Source of the DNA: Epithemia pelagica | Lineage: Eukaryota > Protista > Bacillariophyta | Direction: 5' to 3' | DNA length: 64,000 nt | Assembly: GCA_946965045.2 (NCBI GenBank) | Contig: OX337228.1 | Location: 1,922,001 to 1,986,000, forward strand | Shown here: positions 55,601-64,000 of the stretch, piece by piece | How positions within the stretch are numbered: position 1 is the stretch's first letter | Layout: the number at the start of each line of letters is the position of its first letter | The notes under the pieces: generated by a model | What the model was told of the DNA's origin: nothing | Databases searched by the model: none | Seen by the model: the letters and a program-made list of their open reading frames with translations, nothing else | Position numbers and translations under genes: made by a program

Positions 55601-57702
55601 ATGAGGTTGTCGAGAATAATGAGGGGGACGTGGAACCCGTGAATGAAAGTATGGAGATCGAATTCAACGACGATCACTCCGAATCATCACAAGAGTTGTT
55701 TCCGGATGACCACCAACACGGAGCTGAGATGATTGATGATGAACAACCGCATTACAATCTACGGCCAAATCGAGCACGCGACTATCGATACAGATACGGA
55801 CACAGTTTTGCGTGTCTTGACTCCCTTCCAAAGGGTCGATATGACGGTTACCTTTATAGGGGTATTGTCTATTTAACATCGACTGAGGTCAATCAATCTA
55901 CACCTCAGTACCCCATGAAATATGGGCTGAAGTTGTTCGGCGATAAAGGAGTTGCTGCAGTTAAAAAAGAGATGCAACAATTACACGACCGTGGAGTCAT
56001 CCGTGCGGTGCACCGATCCGATTTGTCGTGGAGTCAAATCAAAGCAGCTCTAGGGTATCTTATGTTTTTAAAGAGAAAGCGGTGCGGTAAAATCAAAGGC
56101 CGTGGTTGCGCGGACGGTCGCAAGCAACGCTCTTTCATCGACAAGGCTGATTCTGCATCGCCTACTGTTTCAACCGATGCAGTCTTCTTCACCGCCATCA
56201 TCGACGCAATTGAACGCAGAGACGTGGCCATAATTGACATCCCAGGCGCCTTCATGCATTCGGATATGGATCCGAATGTGTTCATGCGGTTGGACGGTCT
56301 CATGGCGGAACTATTGTTAGAGGTCGACCGTGAGATGTACGAACCCTATGTCACCTACGAAAAAGGGAAGCCGGTCATCTATGTTGAAATGCTAAAAGCA
56401 TTGTATGGGACCCTTCGCGCCGCACGTTTGTTTTGGGAGCGTTTGTCCCGGGTGCTGGTGAGCTGGGGATTTGTAATTAACCCCTATGATTCTTGCGTCG
56501 CCAACAAGTGGGTGAATGGCAAGCAATGCACCATCACCTGGCATATTGATGACTTGAAGGTGTCCCACGAGTCGGCTCAAGTTGTAACCCACATTTTGGA
56601 AGATTTGAAAGCTGAGTTCGGACGCCTTGGCGAATTGTCCGTATCACGCGGCAAAAGGCACGACTATTTGGGAATGTATCTCGACTTTAGTGAAGATGGG
56701 GTGCTACAAGTAGATATGCGGCCATATATCGCAACCATTATGGATGATTTGCCAAAGCAGATGAGAGGACGTGCGAGGACCCCAGCAGCACTCCATCTTA
56801 ACAACACACGCGACAATGCAACCAAGTTGGACAAGGACAAGGCGGATCAGTATCATAGCATCACAATGCAGCTATCATATCTGGCCCAAAGAGGGCGTCC
56901 AGACATTCGCACCGCCGTTGCCTTTTTGTGTACCCGCGTTGCATCGCCGGATGAGGACGATTATCGGAAACTCTGTCGGGTTCTCAAATACCTTCAATCC
57001 ACATTCGATCTGGTCCTGCGATTGGAAGCTAACACCGACGGAGTCCTACGCTGGTGGGCTGATGCCTCATACGCTGCACATCCCGACATGAAAGGTCATA
57101 CCGGCGGGTGTATGACCATGGGGAAGGGTGTGTCTCATGCCGTGTCATCCAAACAAAAGTTGGTGGCCCGCAGCTCGACCGAAAGTGAATTGATCGGGGT
57201 ACATGACGTAATGCCGTCATTACTGTGGAGCCGAAACTTCCTCCAAGCACAAGGTGTGAAGGTGAAGGATGTCGTCCTAATGCAAGACAACAAAAGTACG
57301 ATTTTGTTAGCAAAGAATGGACGGCGATCAAGTTCAAAAAGGACCAAACATATCAACGTACGATATTTCTTCGTGACCGATAAGATTCAACAAAAAGCAT
57401 TGAGAGTGGAGTATTGCCCAACAGAAGAGATGTTGGCAGACTTCTTCACGAAACCTCTCCAAGGCAATCTGTTCTACCGCTTACGGGATTCCGTAATGAA
57501 TATTGTGAGCACTAGTCCATACCATTCCTCACAAAGGAGTGTGTTGGAACGGAACCAGGAACAGAGCAAGGAACAGGATGACCAAACAGCGACCAGCAAA
57601 GATGAAGAAGATGAAGAAGGTTGGATCTTAGTCAAGCGACGTGGCAAGGCGCAAAAGAAAACTACAGATGAGCAAAGAGTTCATTCTATTGGAAATATCT
57701 AA
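52612..57702 (+). CDS. Family-3 gag-pol polyprotein (1,696 aa), intact
   Basis: Gag, protease LLDNQST, IN (AMDVMH, LFDGA, GEAERFIRTVK), RT (IDIPGAF, WHIDDL) and RNase H (ADASY, ESEL, QDNKS, LADFFTK). Confidence 0.95.
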   Translation: MSNRSGTEARPDAAPSSNAGSSNTRSNQGGGSRRSGGGRGRGNRNQGPANQSRFQGQEPSLKDCTFDYSEDSQSKRYIRNIELLVGYIGTNYNRHNMHFQKAVEQLELPDPPPVKRPKDMKDLIEVEEWKLNYKAREEQMLVYEGFRSSLFSLLLGQCTPLLRDKLRAKSEYQPIQDKRDGVALLKLIKATTFTYDSNRLYTAVSRDRLKEEFFSLRRKNNQTIQAYYEVFRAKYKVLEELNIVLYDEDFAAEIAKREKRSKVTDEDRKEAQERCVAVRFIRTCGQKDYESHLQNTFLDGQNNYPSSLAEARAIIDNRLMSNRHNQNNQVNVNQTGNESATGVAYHTQGVSSDDTSTLTENTSGAGTQESGNRGQGTVTSSSRSIPPVVTDSPPAFSFAASSSQASIPPNWILLDNQSTVDIIVNQALLKNIHSSDHPITVSSHAGSRILYHQGLLPGYGLVWYDKAGPANILSLRNAQARFHITYNSVDGNSFELKDPATGRLKHTFHQSPEGLFYMDSSNLAHGSFLTTVSSNESGYSPREVSRAKLARSIQARIGRPSTRDFIKIVEGNMLPNTPINAKDIRRAETIYGPDLGSLKGKTTRRKAPVVDTEILVPPSIKDEHKDITLAMDVMHVNGIPFLLATTRKIRFGMVEALPRLTEDAMMTAIKRIVGVLRRGDLRPRVLLFDGALAYESFQHRLNMLGIQLNTTAQDEHVGEAERFIRTVKDRMRSAFNMLPYATVPKVMVIELAKFVVFWLNSFPNKNGISTTMSPREIVTGEKMDYRAHCRYEFGQYVQCHEQHDNSMAPRTIGALALRPTGNRQGSYYFLSLDSGRVITRNNATTLPMPDEVIKRVEALAAAQSMQPGLAFSNRDNRILSLDDDNPLFNEADDDTYVDDDESDEDLRYDDDMVAQELEPAVDHPEATENPGVGENQGVREDLGVEELVVGEEMQEEEPAAVTIDDVQHVAQEEDDIIEEDAGSVVEDEESQNNQEDNEVVENNEGDVEPVNESMEIEFNDDHSESSQELFPDDHQHGAEMIDDEQPHYNLRPNRARDYRYRYGHSFACLDSLPKGRYDGYLYRGIVYLTSTEVNQSTPQYPMKYGLKLFGDKGVAAVKKEMQQLHDRGVIRAVHRSDLSWSQIKAALGYLMFLKRKRCGKIKGRGCADGRKQRSFIDKADSASPTVSTDAVFFTAIIDAIERRDVAIIDIPGAFMHSDMDPNVFMRLDGLMAELLLEVDREMYEPYVTYEKGKPVIYVEMLKALYGTLRAARLFWERLSRVLVSWGFVINPYDSCVANKWVNGKQCTITWHIDDLKVSHESAQVVTHILEDLKAEFGRLGELSVSRGKRHDYLGMYLDFSEDGVLQVDMRPYIATIMDDLPKQMRGRARTPAALHLNNTRDNATKLDKDKADQYHSITMQLSYLAQRGRPDIRTAVAFLCTRVASPDEDDYRKLCRVLKYLQSTFDLVLRLEANTDGVLRWWADASYAAHPDMKGHTGGCMTMGKGVSHAVSSKQKLVARSSTESELIGVHDVMPSLLWSRNFLQAQGVKVKDVVLMQDNKSTILLAKNGRRSSSKRTKHINVRYFFVTDKIQQKALRVEYCPTEEMLADFFTKPLQGNLFYRLRDSVMNIVSTSPYHSSQRSVLERNQEQSKEQDDQTATSKDEEDEEGWILVKRRGKAQKKTTDEQRVHSIGNI
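57533..57539 (+). other. Polypurine tract of family 3
   Basis: AAAGGAG 2 nt before the 3' LTR. Confidence 0.6.
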
Positions 57703-57755
57703 AATAAGAAGCCTTTTGACGTTGCCTTTACAGCACGGCTTGTTTAGTTCCAACA
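57542..57755 (+). repeat. 3' LTR of family 3
   Basis: Matches 51731-51944. Confidence 0.97.
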
Positions 57756-58044
57756 GCTTCCAACAGTATATGGACAACGAGGATGACAGTTCCGCCTCCT
57801 CGTCGTCAAGAACACTGTGGTTGTTGGTGTTCTCCTCTTCTTCTTCTTCTTTCAGGAGTCCGGGCTGTCGTAACAAGCGGCGATACCGACGGCAGGATTG
57901 TTCCAACCGACAGAGACTCACGGCATCCAAATGTTGGAGAATCATCCGAACGAGAGAGTACGGGAGATCCTGAAGCGAAGGTGCGCCGGAGCCAATCGCC
58001 AGTGTCTGAAATCGTGTGTGCGTTTGGCGGTTGTCCCGTTCCAT
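57756..58044 (-). pseudogene. F-box protein, 5' part (F-box motif)
   Basis: LQDLPYSLVRMILQHLDAVSLCRLEQSCRRYRRL; removing the element and one TSD gives a 506-aa stop-free ORF. Confidence 0.88.
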
Positions 58045-58214
58045 GGTTTCTTTGGAAAGGTTGCGTCACATCATTGTGATGAGGCAGAGAAAAAGTTTTC
58101 TCGAAAGTGATTCAGACGCTTCATGGTCGCATTTATGAGAAATCTACCTACTCTACCTACCGGTACGATCGACTCCAATGTATAGCCCAGTTTGTGAATC
58201 TATCTTTTCCGTAC

Positions 58215-59456
58215 TTACACGACGGGAAAGGAAAAAGCTTCTAGAGCCTCCAGCTGAAGGTGAGGAATGGAGTCGTTGTGAATCCAGAGTGACTCTCCCC
58301 ATCGTGTAATTCTCTTTATGAATTGAAATCCATGTTCTTTCAGGTACTCCCGTACCGGACCTTTGAGGCGTTCGGCAGTAATTATTTGGATCCGGTATTG
58401 ATGCAATGGAAAGTTTGTCAGGACAAACCATTCTGCCCCTTCGACATCCAAGGAGAGGTAGTCAATTTGATGTGGTGCTCGCGCTTTTGAAAGTATCTCT
58501 GGGAATGGAAACAAAACAGTCAAGAAATAGCAATTCACTGGTTGGAGAACAGTTTCAGCACGAAACTTTATGCGCGCCTGTAGAATAATCACAATCGCTC
58601 ACCTGAAAGGGGCACTGTGGCCCCAAGTTGCGATTCTTTTTGCCATCGTCGATTATTGTCAAAGCCTTGGTCGGCAATGCCTCCATGCGTTCCTGCATTG
58701 AATCGGAAATAGACTTGCTGGTTTCGATGGTTGGCACTTCCCACAATGGCTGCCACTACGGTGCAGGAGCGGTAGGAGAGATTTCGCCAGTACATTGGGT
58801 TTGGTTCAATGCAAAGTCCCTTCCAATCATAGTCTCGTTCCAGTGCTGTTGAGGAGTAGACGTACATGCGAGATTAGGACGACACACCTGAGAAGACCCG
58901 TTGCAGCGCCATGTGTCATGAGATAAAACAACAAATAACAGTTCTTACCATAGGTATTGGACCAATGCGATGCGTCATTTGCAGCGAGATCGACAAAGTA
59001 TCCGTTTCGTTTCCCTCCCAACAAGGCCGCAACAATCTCATCTTGCCGTGCTTGGGAATACCAAGAAGATGAAATGTGGGGCGGGGTCGTTGATGTACGG
59101 TTTCCTTGCCTCTCAAACACACTGCTGTTGTGTTCTAGCTCGTTTGGTTGAGTTACGAGATGCTCTCGTGTTCCATAAAACACATGAATGGATTTCCACC
59201 CACTCTCCGATCCTTCATGGTCCTCCATTCCGTTCCAGGAATCGGTTCTGCAGCAATTTCTTCTGACAAGAAAGTCGTCCTTCGTCGGAGCACCAAAAGC
59301 AGTGTCTGCATCCAACAAATGGACCGTAGACATTGTCCCATAGGTCAAACCAATAATATATCCAATACATAGCAAACCAAACGACTGAAGTCGAGAAGGA
59401 GAAGAGGAAGAGGGGCTGGTACCCGTTCTGTTCCGTGGAGAAGTGTCCATTTTCAT
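58215..59456 (-). CDS. FkbM-family (Methyltransf_21) SAM methyltransferase; introns 58846-58948 and 58499-58602
   Basis: YSQARQD, YFVDLAAND...SNTY|ALERDYDWKGLCIEPN, IDYLSLDVEGAE; both GT-AG introns restore the frame; N-terminal TM anchor. Confidence 0.88.
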
Positions 59457-59708
59457 TGCGAAGCTGGGATCTCAAGACTCTCAGCCTCAGCGTCAATTCT
59501 GTCCAAATCATGGTCAAAGTCAAAACGAGAGTGACCACAGAAAATTCAAATCTCCCGCCACGCGCGCGACGCACTCACGCCATGCTTCAGTTCGACCTTC
59601 GTTCGGAATGGCAAAGGATCAACCGTGAATCAATTGTTCGGACCCAAGACCCAACTTCCAACCACCACGTACTTTGGTCGTCCCATTTTTTGGCTACGCG
59701 CGTTGACC

Positions 59709-61238
59709 ATGGTAGCATTCATTGGTGGCCTTGTCATTTCCTTGCTGCACATCGTTCTTCCTTCGTCCCAAGAGCGACACATTTCTCATTTCTTGAATTC
59801 ACGATCAAGCATGAAGCGATCCACCGAAGGAACTTCCAGCGCCACCACAACCGTTGCCAAAAGGTCGCGTCCTGCCACCGCGACAACCACCATTACACTT
59901 CACGCGTCGGCAGCCAACAAAGAAACTCCTGCTCCGTGGAGAGATTTGACCACCAAAGAGTTGTCCCTGTTCCTCGATGGACCTGACGCCATGGAAACTC
60001 GTACCAGCAAGATGGAAGAACGTGCCAAGAACGGTCAACCCCTGACTGACGAAGAGTTGGACAATGTCGTTCATTCATTGGAACATTTGACTCCGTCTTC
60101 CGCTACGTCCAAGCAAGAAGAATGGGCAGCTAATATTCGCCAAACTCTGAAAGGAATTGCACACATTTCTCATAAGGACTGGACTGTAACCTCTACCAAT
60201 GCTCAAAAGCTCCTTCCATTTTTGATTCCAAATGGTGCAGACGACAATAACAATTTTCCCGACTCGTTGAGCGCTCATCGTTATCACCGCATTCTCAATG
60301 AAGGCAACTGGCAGGAAGCAGTACATCATCGCGAATCAATCATGGCTGGGAATGATGGGAACGAAATCCCTGGTTGGGCTGTGCTCGTAACAGGCGTGAA
60401 TGGCATTCGCAAAACCACCAGTATGCATCAACCGTGGTTTGGTTCCCTGCTGGAAGAAGCGCTTGTTTATCCACCTTCCTCATCTGACGGAAAAGATGAA
60501 AAGGAAAATACATCCAACAAAAACTCGATTCCACTTCAACATCTTCCTACTGGGGAGAACTCATTTTTTCGACAACTCGATCATATGATTGCAACTTTGT
60601 GCAACAAGGAGTTTGCCATTTTGTACGCCCTCACAGAGAAACGTATGGCCACGGGCAAGTCCAGCAGTTCTGCAGAAGGCCAACAACCTTCTTCAGAGGA
60701 TATTCAAGCCTATTCCAATCTCAAAGCTGCCATTTTTACACGCTATCGAACTCTTTCTGAACTCTTTGGAGTTTTGCTTTTGCAACAGGCACAAAAAGTC
60801 CCTATAAATTGCTTACTGGAAACCTCGGGCCGTGATGTAGCAATGTTTCGATATGTGGACCACGTCTTTCCTGCGTCGTATCAAAAATTGGTTCTGCATT
60901 TTGTCATTAACGACCTTCGACAAGCTCAGGACTCGGTGGATCGGCGAATGGTGAAAGAAATTGCTACTGGTATTGAGGCCATTCAACAGAGCGAATCATC
61001 GATTGGTATTTCTCGAGTGGTCCATGCCAATGCGGGGGGACCCTACGGCTCTGAAGTCCTTCCTGGTGTACAGGAAGCATCGGACAAAGTCTGGGACACC
61101 GTTGTAGATGGTTCTGCCGGAGTGGGCCAAGACTGGTTCAAAGCCACTATCCAAATCAATGCGTATGAATCTGAACCCTGGACTGCACAAGCCATTCGAC
61201 CCGATGGCTCGAAGGGTACAATACATACGTTTGAGTAG
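59709..61238 (+). CDS. Zeta-toxin-like P-loop kinase with hydrophobic N-terminus
   Basis: AVLVTGVNGIRKTTS Walker-A-like motif and NCLLETSGRD Walker-B-like motif; start codon uncertain. Confidence 0.7.
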   Translation: MVAFIGGLVISLLHIVLPSSQERHISHFLNSRSSMKRSTEGTSSATTTVAKRSRPATATTTITLHASAANKETPAPWRDLTTKELSLFLDGPDAMETRTSKMEERAKNGQPLTDEELDNVVHSLEHLTPSSATSKQEEWAANIRQTLKGIAHISHKDWTVTSTNAQKLLPFLIPNGADDNNNFPDSLSAHRYHRILNEGNWQEAVHHRESIMAGNDGNEIPGWAVLVTGVNGIRKTTSMHQPWFGSLLEEALVYPPSSSDGKDEKENTSNKNSIPLQHLPTGENSFFRQLDHMIATLCNKEFAILYALTEKRMATGKSSSSAEGQQPSSEDIQAYSNLKAAIFTRYRTLSELFGVLLLQQAQKVPINCLLETSGRDVAMFRYVDHVFPASYQKLVLHFVINDLRQAQDSVDRRMVKEIATGIEAIQQSESSIGISRVVHANAGGPYGSEVLPGVQEASDKVWDTVVDGSAGVGQDWFKATIQINAYESEPWTAQAIRPDGSKGTIHTFE

Positions 61239-61429
61239 AGCACCCATTTACTATTATAGCGTCGTTTCTCGACGCTTCTGTTAGCTCTCTTAGTATTAGA
61301 TATTAGGAGTAGGTTAATCGGCCAACAACCTTTTCAAGCTAGCAATGAATATCATGCTTCCTTCCACATGATATGCTTGAGGTTCATATGGACCCTAATA
61401 GAATCATCAGAATGTGAAAGTATCTCCAT

Positions 61430-62995
61430 CTATTGCACTTTTCCCGACATCGTCGTCACGGCCAGTCCCACAATTTCGACACGCGCCCTTTTATCGCTTC
61501 CATTTTTCGGCGGCATGGTGCATTCCACAAATCCTCCTCTTTTCGATTGCTGATGACCAATCACGGTTGCCTTGTTCAACATGGCGCAAAAGTAAGGGGC
61601 CAAGACGCAATGTGCTGATCCAGTGACTGGATCCTCCAAAATGCCAGCCTTGGGAGCAAAGAAGCGAGAACGAAAGTCCACCTTAGAGTTGTCGCTTCCA
61701 TCTATGCTGGTTTCTGGACATGAACAGCAAAGAATGACACCCCTTGTGTAGACATTGGTCCCCAAAAGAGCGTCAAAAGTAATTCCTGAGTAGCCAAGAG
61801 CATCAAAAGCGCTGGGAGAAATTTCAACCAACAAATCACCAATGTCCGAGAGGCCCATCCACAAGACAGCATCTTTTTGGATCGAGAAAGCTTCCTCCAA
61901 CATCGAATGGACAGTCGCCTTGTCTTCTGGTGCTTGAAGTTCAGTAGCAGGTTTGGAGGGAAAGCTCATGGTTACTCTTCTTTGACCACGTATTGTATGG
62001 TTTGGTCGTGAAGGAGCCAGAGTCGCGACCAATTTGTCCTGCGCAGCATGAAACACAATCGAATCAGAGTTTGCTAGTCCTTGATGCTGAAACAGAATGG
62101 ATGCAGATGCAATCGAAGCATGTCCACACAGGGGAACTTCCACGGTAGGGGTGAAGTAGCGAATGTTGTAATGCCACGATGAATCGTCCTTGACATTTTG
62201 TGACAGGGACTTCTCTTGTTGGTCTTCAGTATTTTGCGCAGGGAGCTTTCGCCATACAAACGCCGTTTCCGCCAGGTTGAACTGCTGCGCAGTAGTTTGC
62301 ATCCAAGCTCGTGTTTCATTATTTTCCACATCAGTGTCATCGGGCATTAAAACCACACCAGCAGGGTTACCAGTACCTCTTCGTTTCGGGTCGGCAAAGG
62401 CATCCACCACCCAGCATGGGTAATTCCATGGGATATCAATCTCACGATCCAGTTCATACCACCGTTCGCTACCATGAACGATTGGGCTTTCTCGAACAAC
62501 GCGGAATCCGGCGTTGATGTAAAAACATAAAAGGTGTTTCTTGGCAAGCAAGACCATTTTTTCAATTGGAGATGATCGCTTGCCCTCATCATGCTGCATT
62601 TGATTAAAACTCGAGACATGCTTGATATATTCTTGGAGCATGTAGGTCGCAATACCCTGTCGTCGATAGTCTTCTCGTACAACTACGCTATGAATCGCGA
62701 GGAGCTGTCCTCCTGCATCATGAGTCGTCATACTTTCGTGCGTGAAATCCGTACAGCGGGTGGAACATACAAAGCCAATCAACGTCTCGCCACCACTGTC
62801 CTCCATTTCTGAATTGCCATCAATGACAGCACAACAAAAATAAGGCGCCGCTTGATGTTGTCTGTATTGCAGCGTTGTCTTAGAAGCGGCTTCATCTTCA
62901 GGATAGGAAGCATGTTCCAGTTCTATACAAGACGGAAGGTCGGTCGGAACCACCTCCCGAAATCGAATTTGTTGTTGGAGCTTTGGCATCGACAT
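61430..62995 (-). CDS. GNAT acetyltransferase fused to a PhzF/diaminopimelate-epimerase-like domain
   Basis: GNAT: IHSVVVREDYRRQGIA, FYINAGF. PhzF: VVDAFA..GNPAGV, NLAETAFV, FTPTVEVPLCGHA, EDPVTGSAHCVLAPY. Confidence 0.88.
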   Translation of the reverse strand: MSMPKLQQQIRFREVVPTDLPSCIELEHASYPEDEAASKTTLQYRQHQAAPYFCCAVIDGNSEMEDSGGETLIGFVCSTRCTDFTHESMTTHDAGGQLLAIHSVVVREDYRRQGIATYMLQEYIKHVSSFNQMQHDEGKRSSPIEKMVLLAKKHLLCFYINAGFRVVRESPIVHGSERWYELDREIDIPWNYPCWVVDAFADPKRRGTGNPAGVVLMPDDTDVENNETRAWMQTTAQQFNLAETAFVWRKLPAQNTEDQQEKSLSQNVKDDSSWHYNIRYFTPTVEVPLCGHASIASASILFQHQGLANSDSIVFHAAQDKLVATLAPSRPNHTIRGQRRVTMSFPSKPATELQAPEDKATVHSMLEEAFSIQKDAVLWMGLSDIGDLLVEISPSAFDALGYSGITFDALLGTNVYTRGVILCCSCPETSIDGSDNSKVDFRSRFFAPKAGILEDPVTGSAHCVLAPYFCAMLNKATVIGHQQSKRGGFVECTMPPKNGSDKRARVEIVGLAVTTMSGKVQ

Positions 62996-63610
62996 GGCCA
63001 CGGTCAAACAATGATGATTAGTTTCAATAATAACCGAGAAACAGAGTACAAGGAACAAACAATGGTAAAAATATCGACACAAGCAAACACCGTCCACTAC
63101 CACTTCTCGTCCCATAGAAAAGAACGCAATTGAGGGCACTCCAATGGCAAGAATGGACTGCTTCTTCTTCTCTAGTTGTACGTCGCCTCCCACATTTCCC
63201 CTCGCCCTCCTGGAAGTATAGTAAATCTATGCGTGTGGAGAGGAAGAAACACAGACACAAATGCAACCCCAACGAAAAGACCAGCACCACAAAAAGAAAA
63301 AGACAGACAAATGAGAGATGGCGATGCTCGGAACGGAAGAGACGACCACAAAATGCAACATCACACATACGCATGACAGCGACTCAGAAGCGATCTCAAT
63401 TGTCGCGGTCATGGTTCAACGCCCAAAGATTTCAAGTTTTCAAATTTTGGAATTTCGAAGATCTTTCTCCTCTCAAGATTTCAGATTTTTCTTTTGTTGA
63501 CGCACGTCTCATCAAATATGTCAAGCATCTCTGAGAATGAGATAGGATTCGAATAGTTGTTGATGGCCCAGTTCTGACACAAAACCAACGTTGGACAAGA
63601 CAGACGACAC

Positions 63611-64000
63611 ATGAGGAAGCACGATGATGAGAATACGGCACTCCTTGGATCAGGCATTCAAGTGGATACAAAGGACGATCATGCCATTCGCCCATCCCGT
63701 AGTGCGGCGGTCGATCCGCGTCCAGCTATCAGGATATCGCTTCTTGCTTTTGTAGTGCTTACCGTGTCGATGATTGGATTTCATTTCTATTCCTCTCGAT
63801 CACAGTCTTCGCCAACGACGGGTTCTCCTCTCTCAGCTACCACCACTTTGGAGATTGTGAAGAATGATTCGCTTCAACTGTCGTCGCCCTATATATTCCC
63901 TCCGAACTTTACATGGGGTGCAGCAACCAGTAGTTACCAGGTTGAAGGGGCGGTGAAAGAAGATGGACGTGGTCGATCCATTTGGGATGCCTTTTGTGAA
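63611..64000 (+). CDS. Glycoside hydrolase family 1 beta-glucosidase, N-terminal part (runs off the window)
   Basis: TM anchor followed by [33 protein letters not shown]. Confidence 0.9.
   Translation, partial: MRKHDDENTALLGSGIQVDTKDDHAIRPSRSAAVDPRPAIRISLLAFVVLTVSMIGFHFYSSRSQSSPTTGSPLSATTTLEIVKNDSLQLSSPYIFPPNFTWGAATSSYQVEGAVKEDGRGRSIWDAFCE

Larger units (their letters stand above)
51731..57755 (+). mobile_element. Intact Ty1/copia family 3 (6,025 bp), 5-bp TSD GCTTC, young insertion
   Basis: 214-bp LTRs TGTTGGAAC...GTTCCAACA differing at 1 site; GCTTC at 51726-51730 and 57756-57760; uninterrupted gag-pol. Confidence 0.97.

Overview
Eukaryotic, intron-containing DNA that looks like a pennate diatom genome (inferred from short GT-AG introns, CoDi-like Ty1/copia elements and diatom-type gene families). 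About half the window (~31.5 kb) is transposon. There are three different Ty1/copia families. Family 1 has a partial copy at 1-2701 and a full copy at 27421-35648, with 766-bp LTRs ending TA...TA and a PBS matching the anticodon arm of tRNA-Asn. Family 2 (2702-13263) is a partial tandem around a single 704-bp LTR, with a giant gag-pol carrying ~1,100 extra aa. Family 3 (51731-57755) is intact, has 214-bp LTRs, and its PBS is complementary to its own LTR. A complete PIF/Harbinger-type DNA transposon lies at 37176-41160 (29-bp TIRs, CAG TSD) and holds a nested TIR element and a concentric palindrome. Two host genes are split by LTR insertions: an LRR membrane protein and an F-box/transglutaminase-like protein. 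Other host genes encode an ICL/PEP-mutase family enzyme, a ~2,500-aa protein with an 8-copy unnamed repeat fused to a degenerate saccharopine-dehydrogenase-like domain, a WD40 protein, glutamine-dependent carbamoyl-phosphate synthetase, a cardiolipin-synthase-like CDP-alcohol phosphatidyltransferase, an FkbM methyltransferase, a zeta-toxin-like kinase, a GNAT-PhzF fusion and the start of a GH1 glucosidase. The best novelty candidate is Tf1-like self-primed reverse transcription in a Ty1/copia element (family 3), sitting beside two families that appear to use different half-tRNA primers. All alignments and counts were done by eye; no database searches were run.
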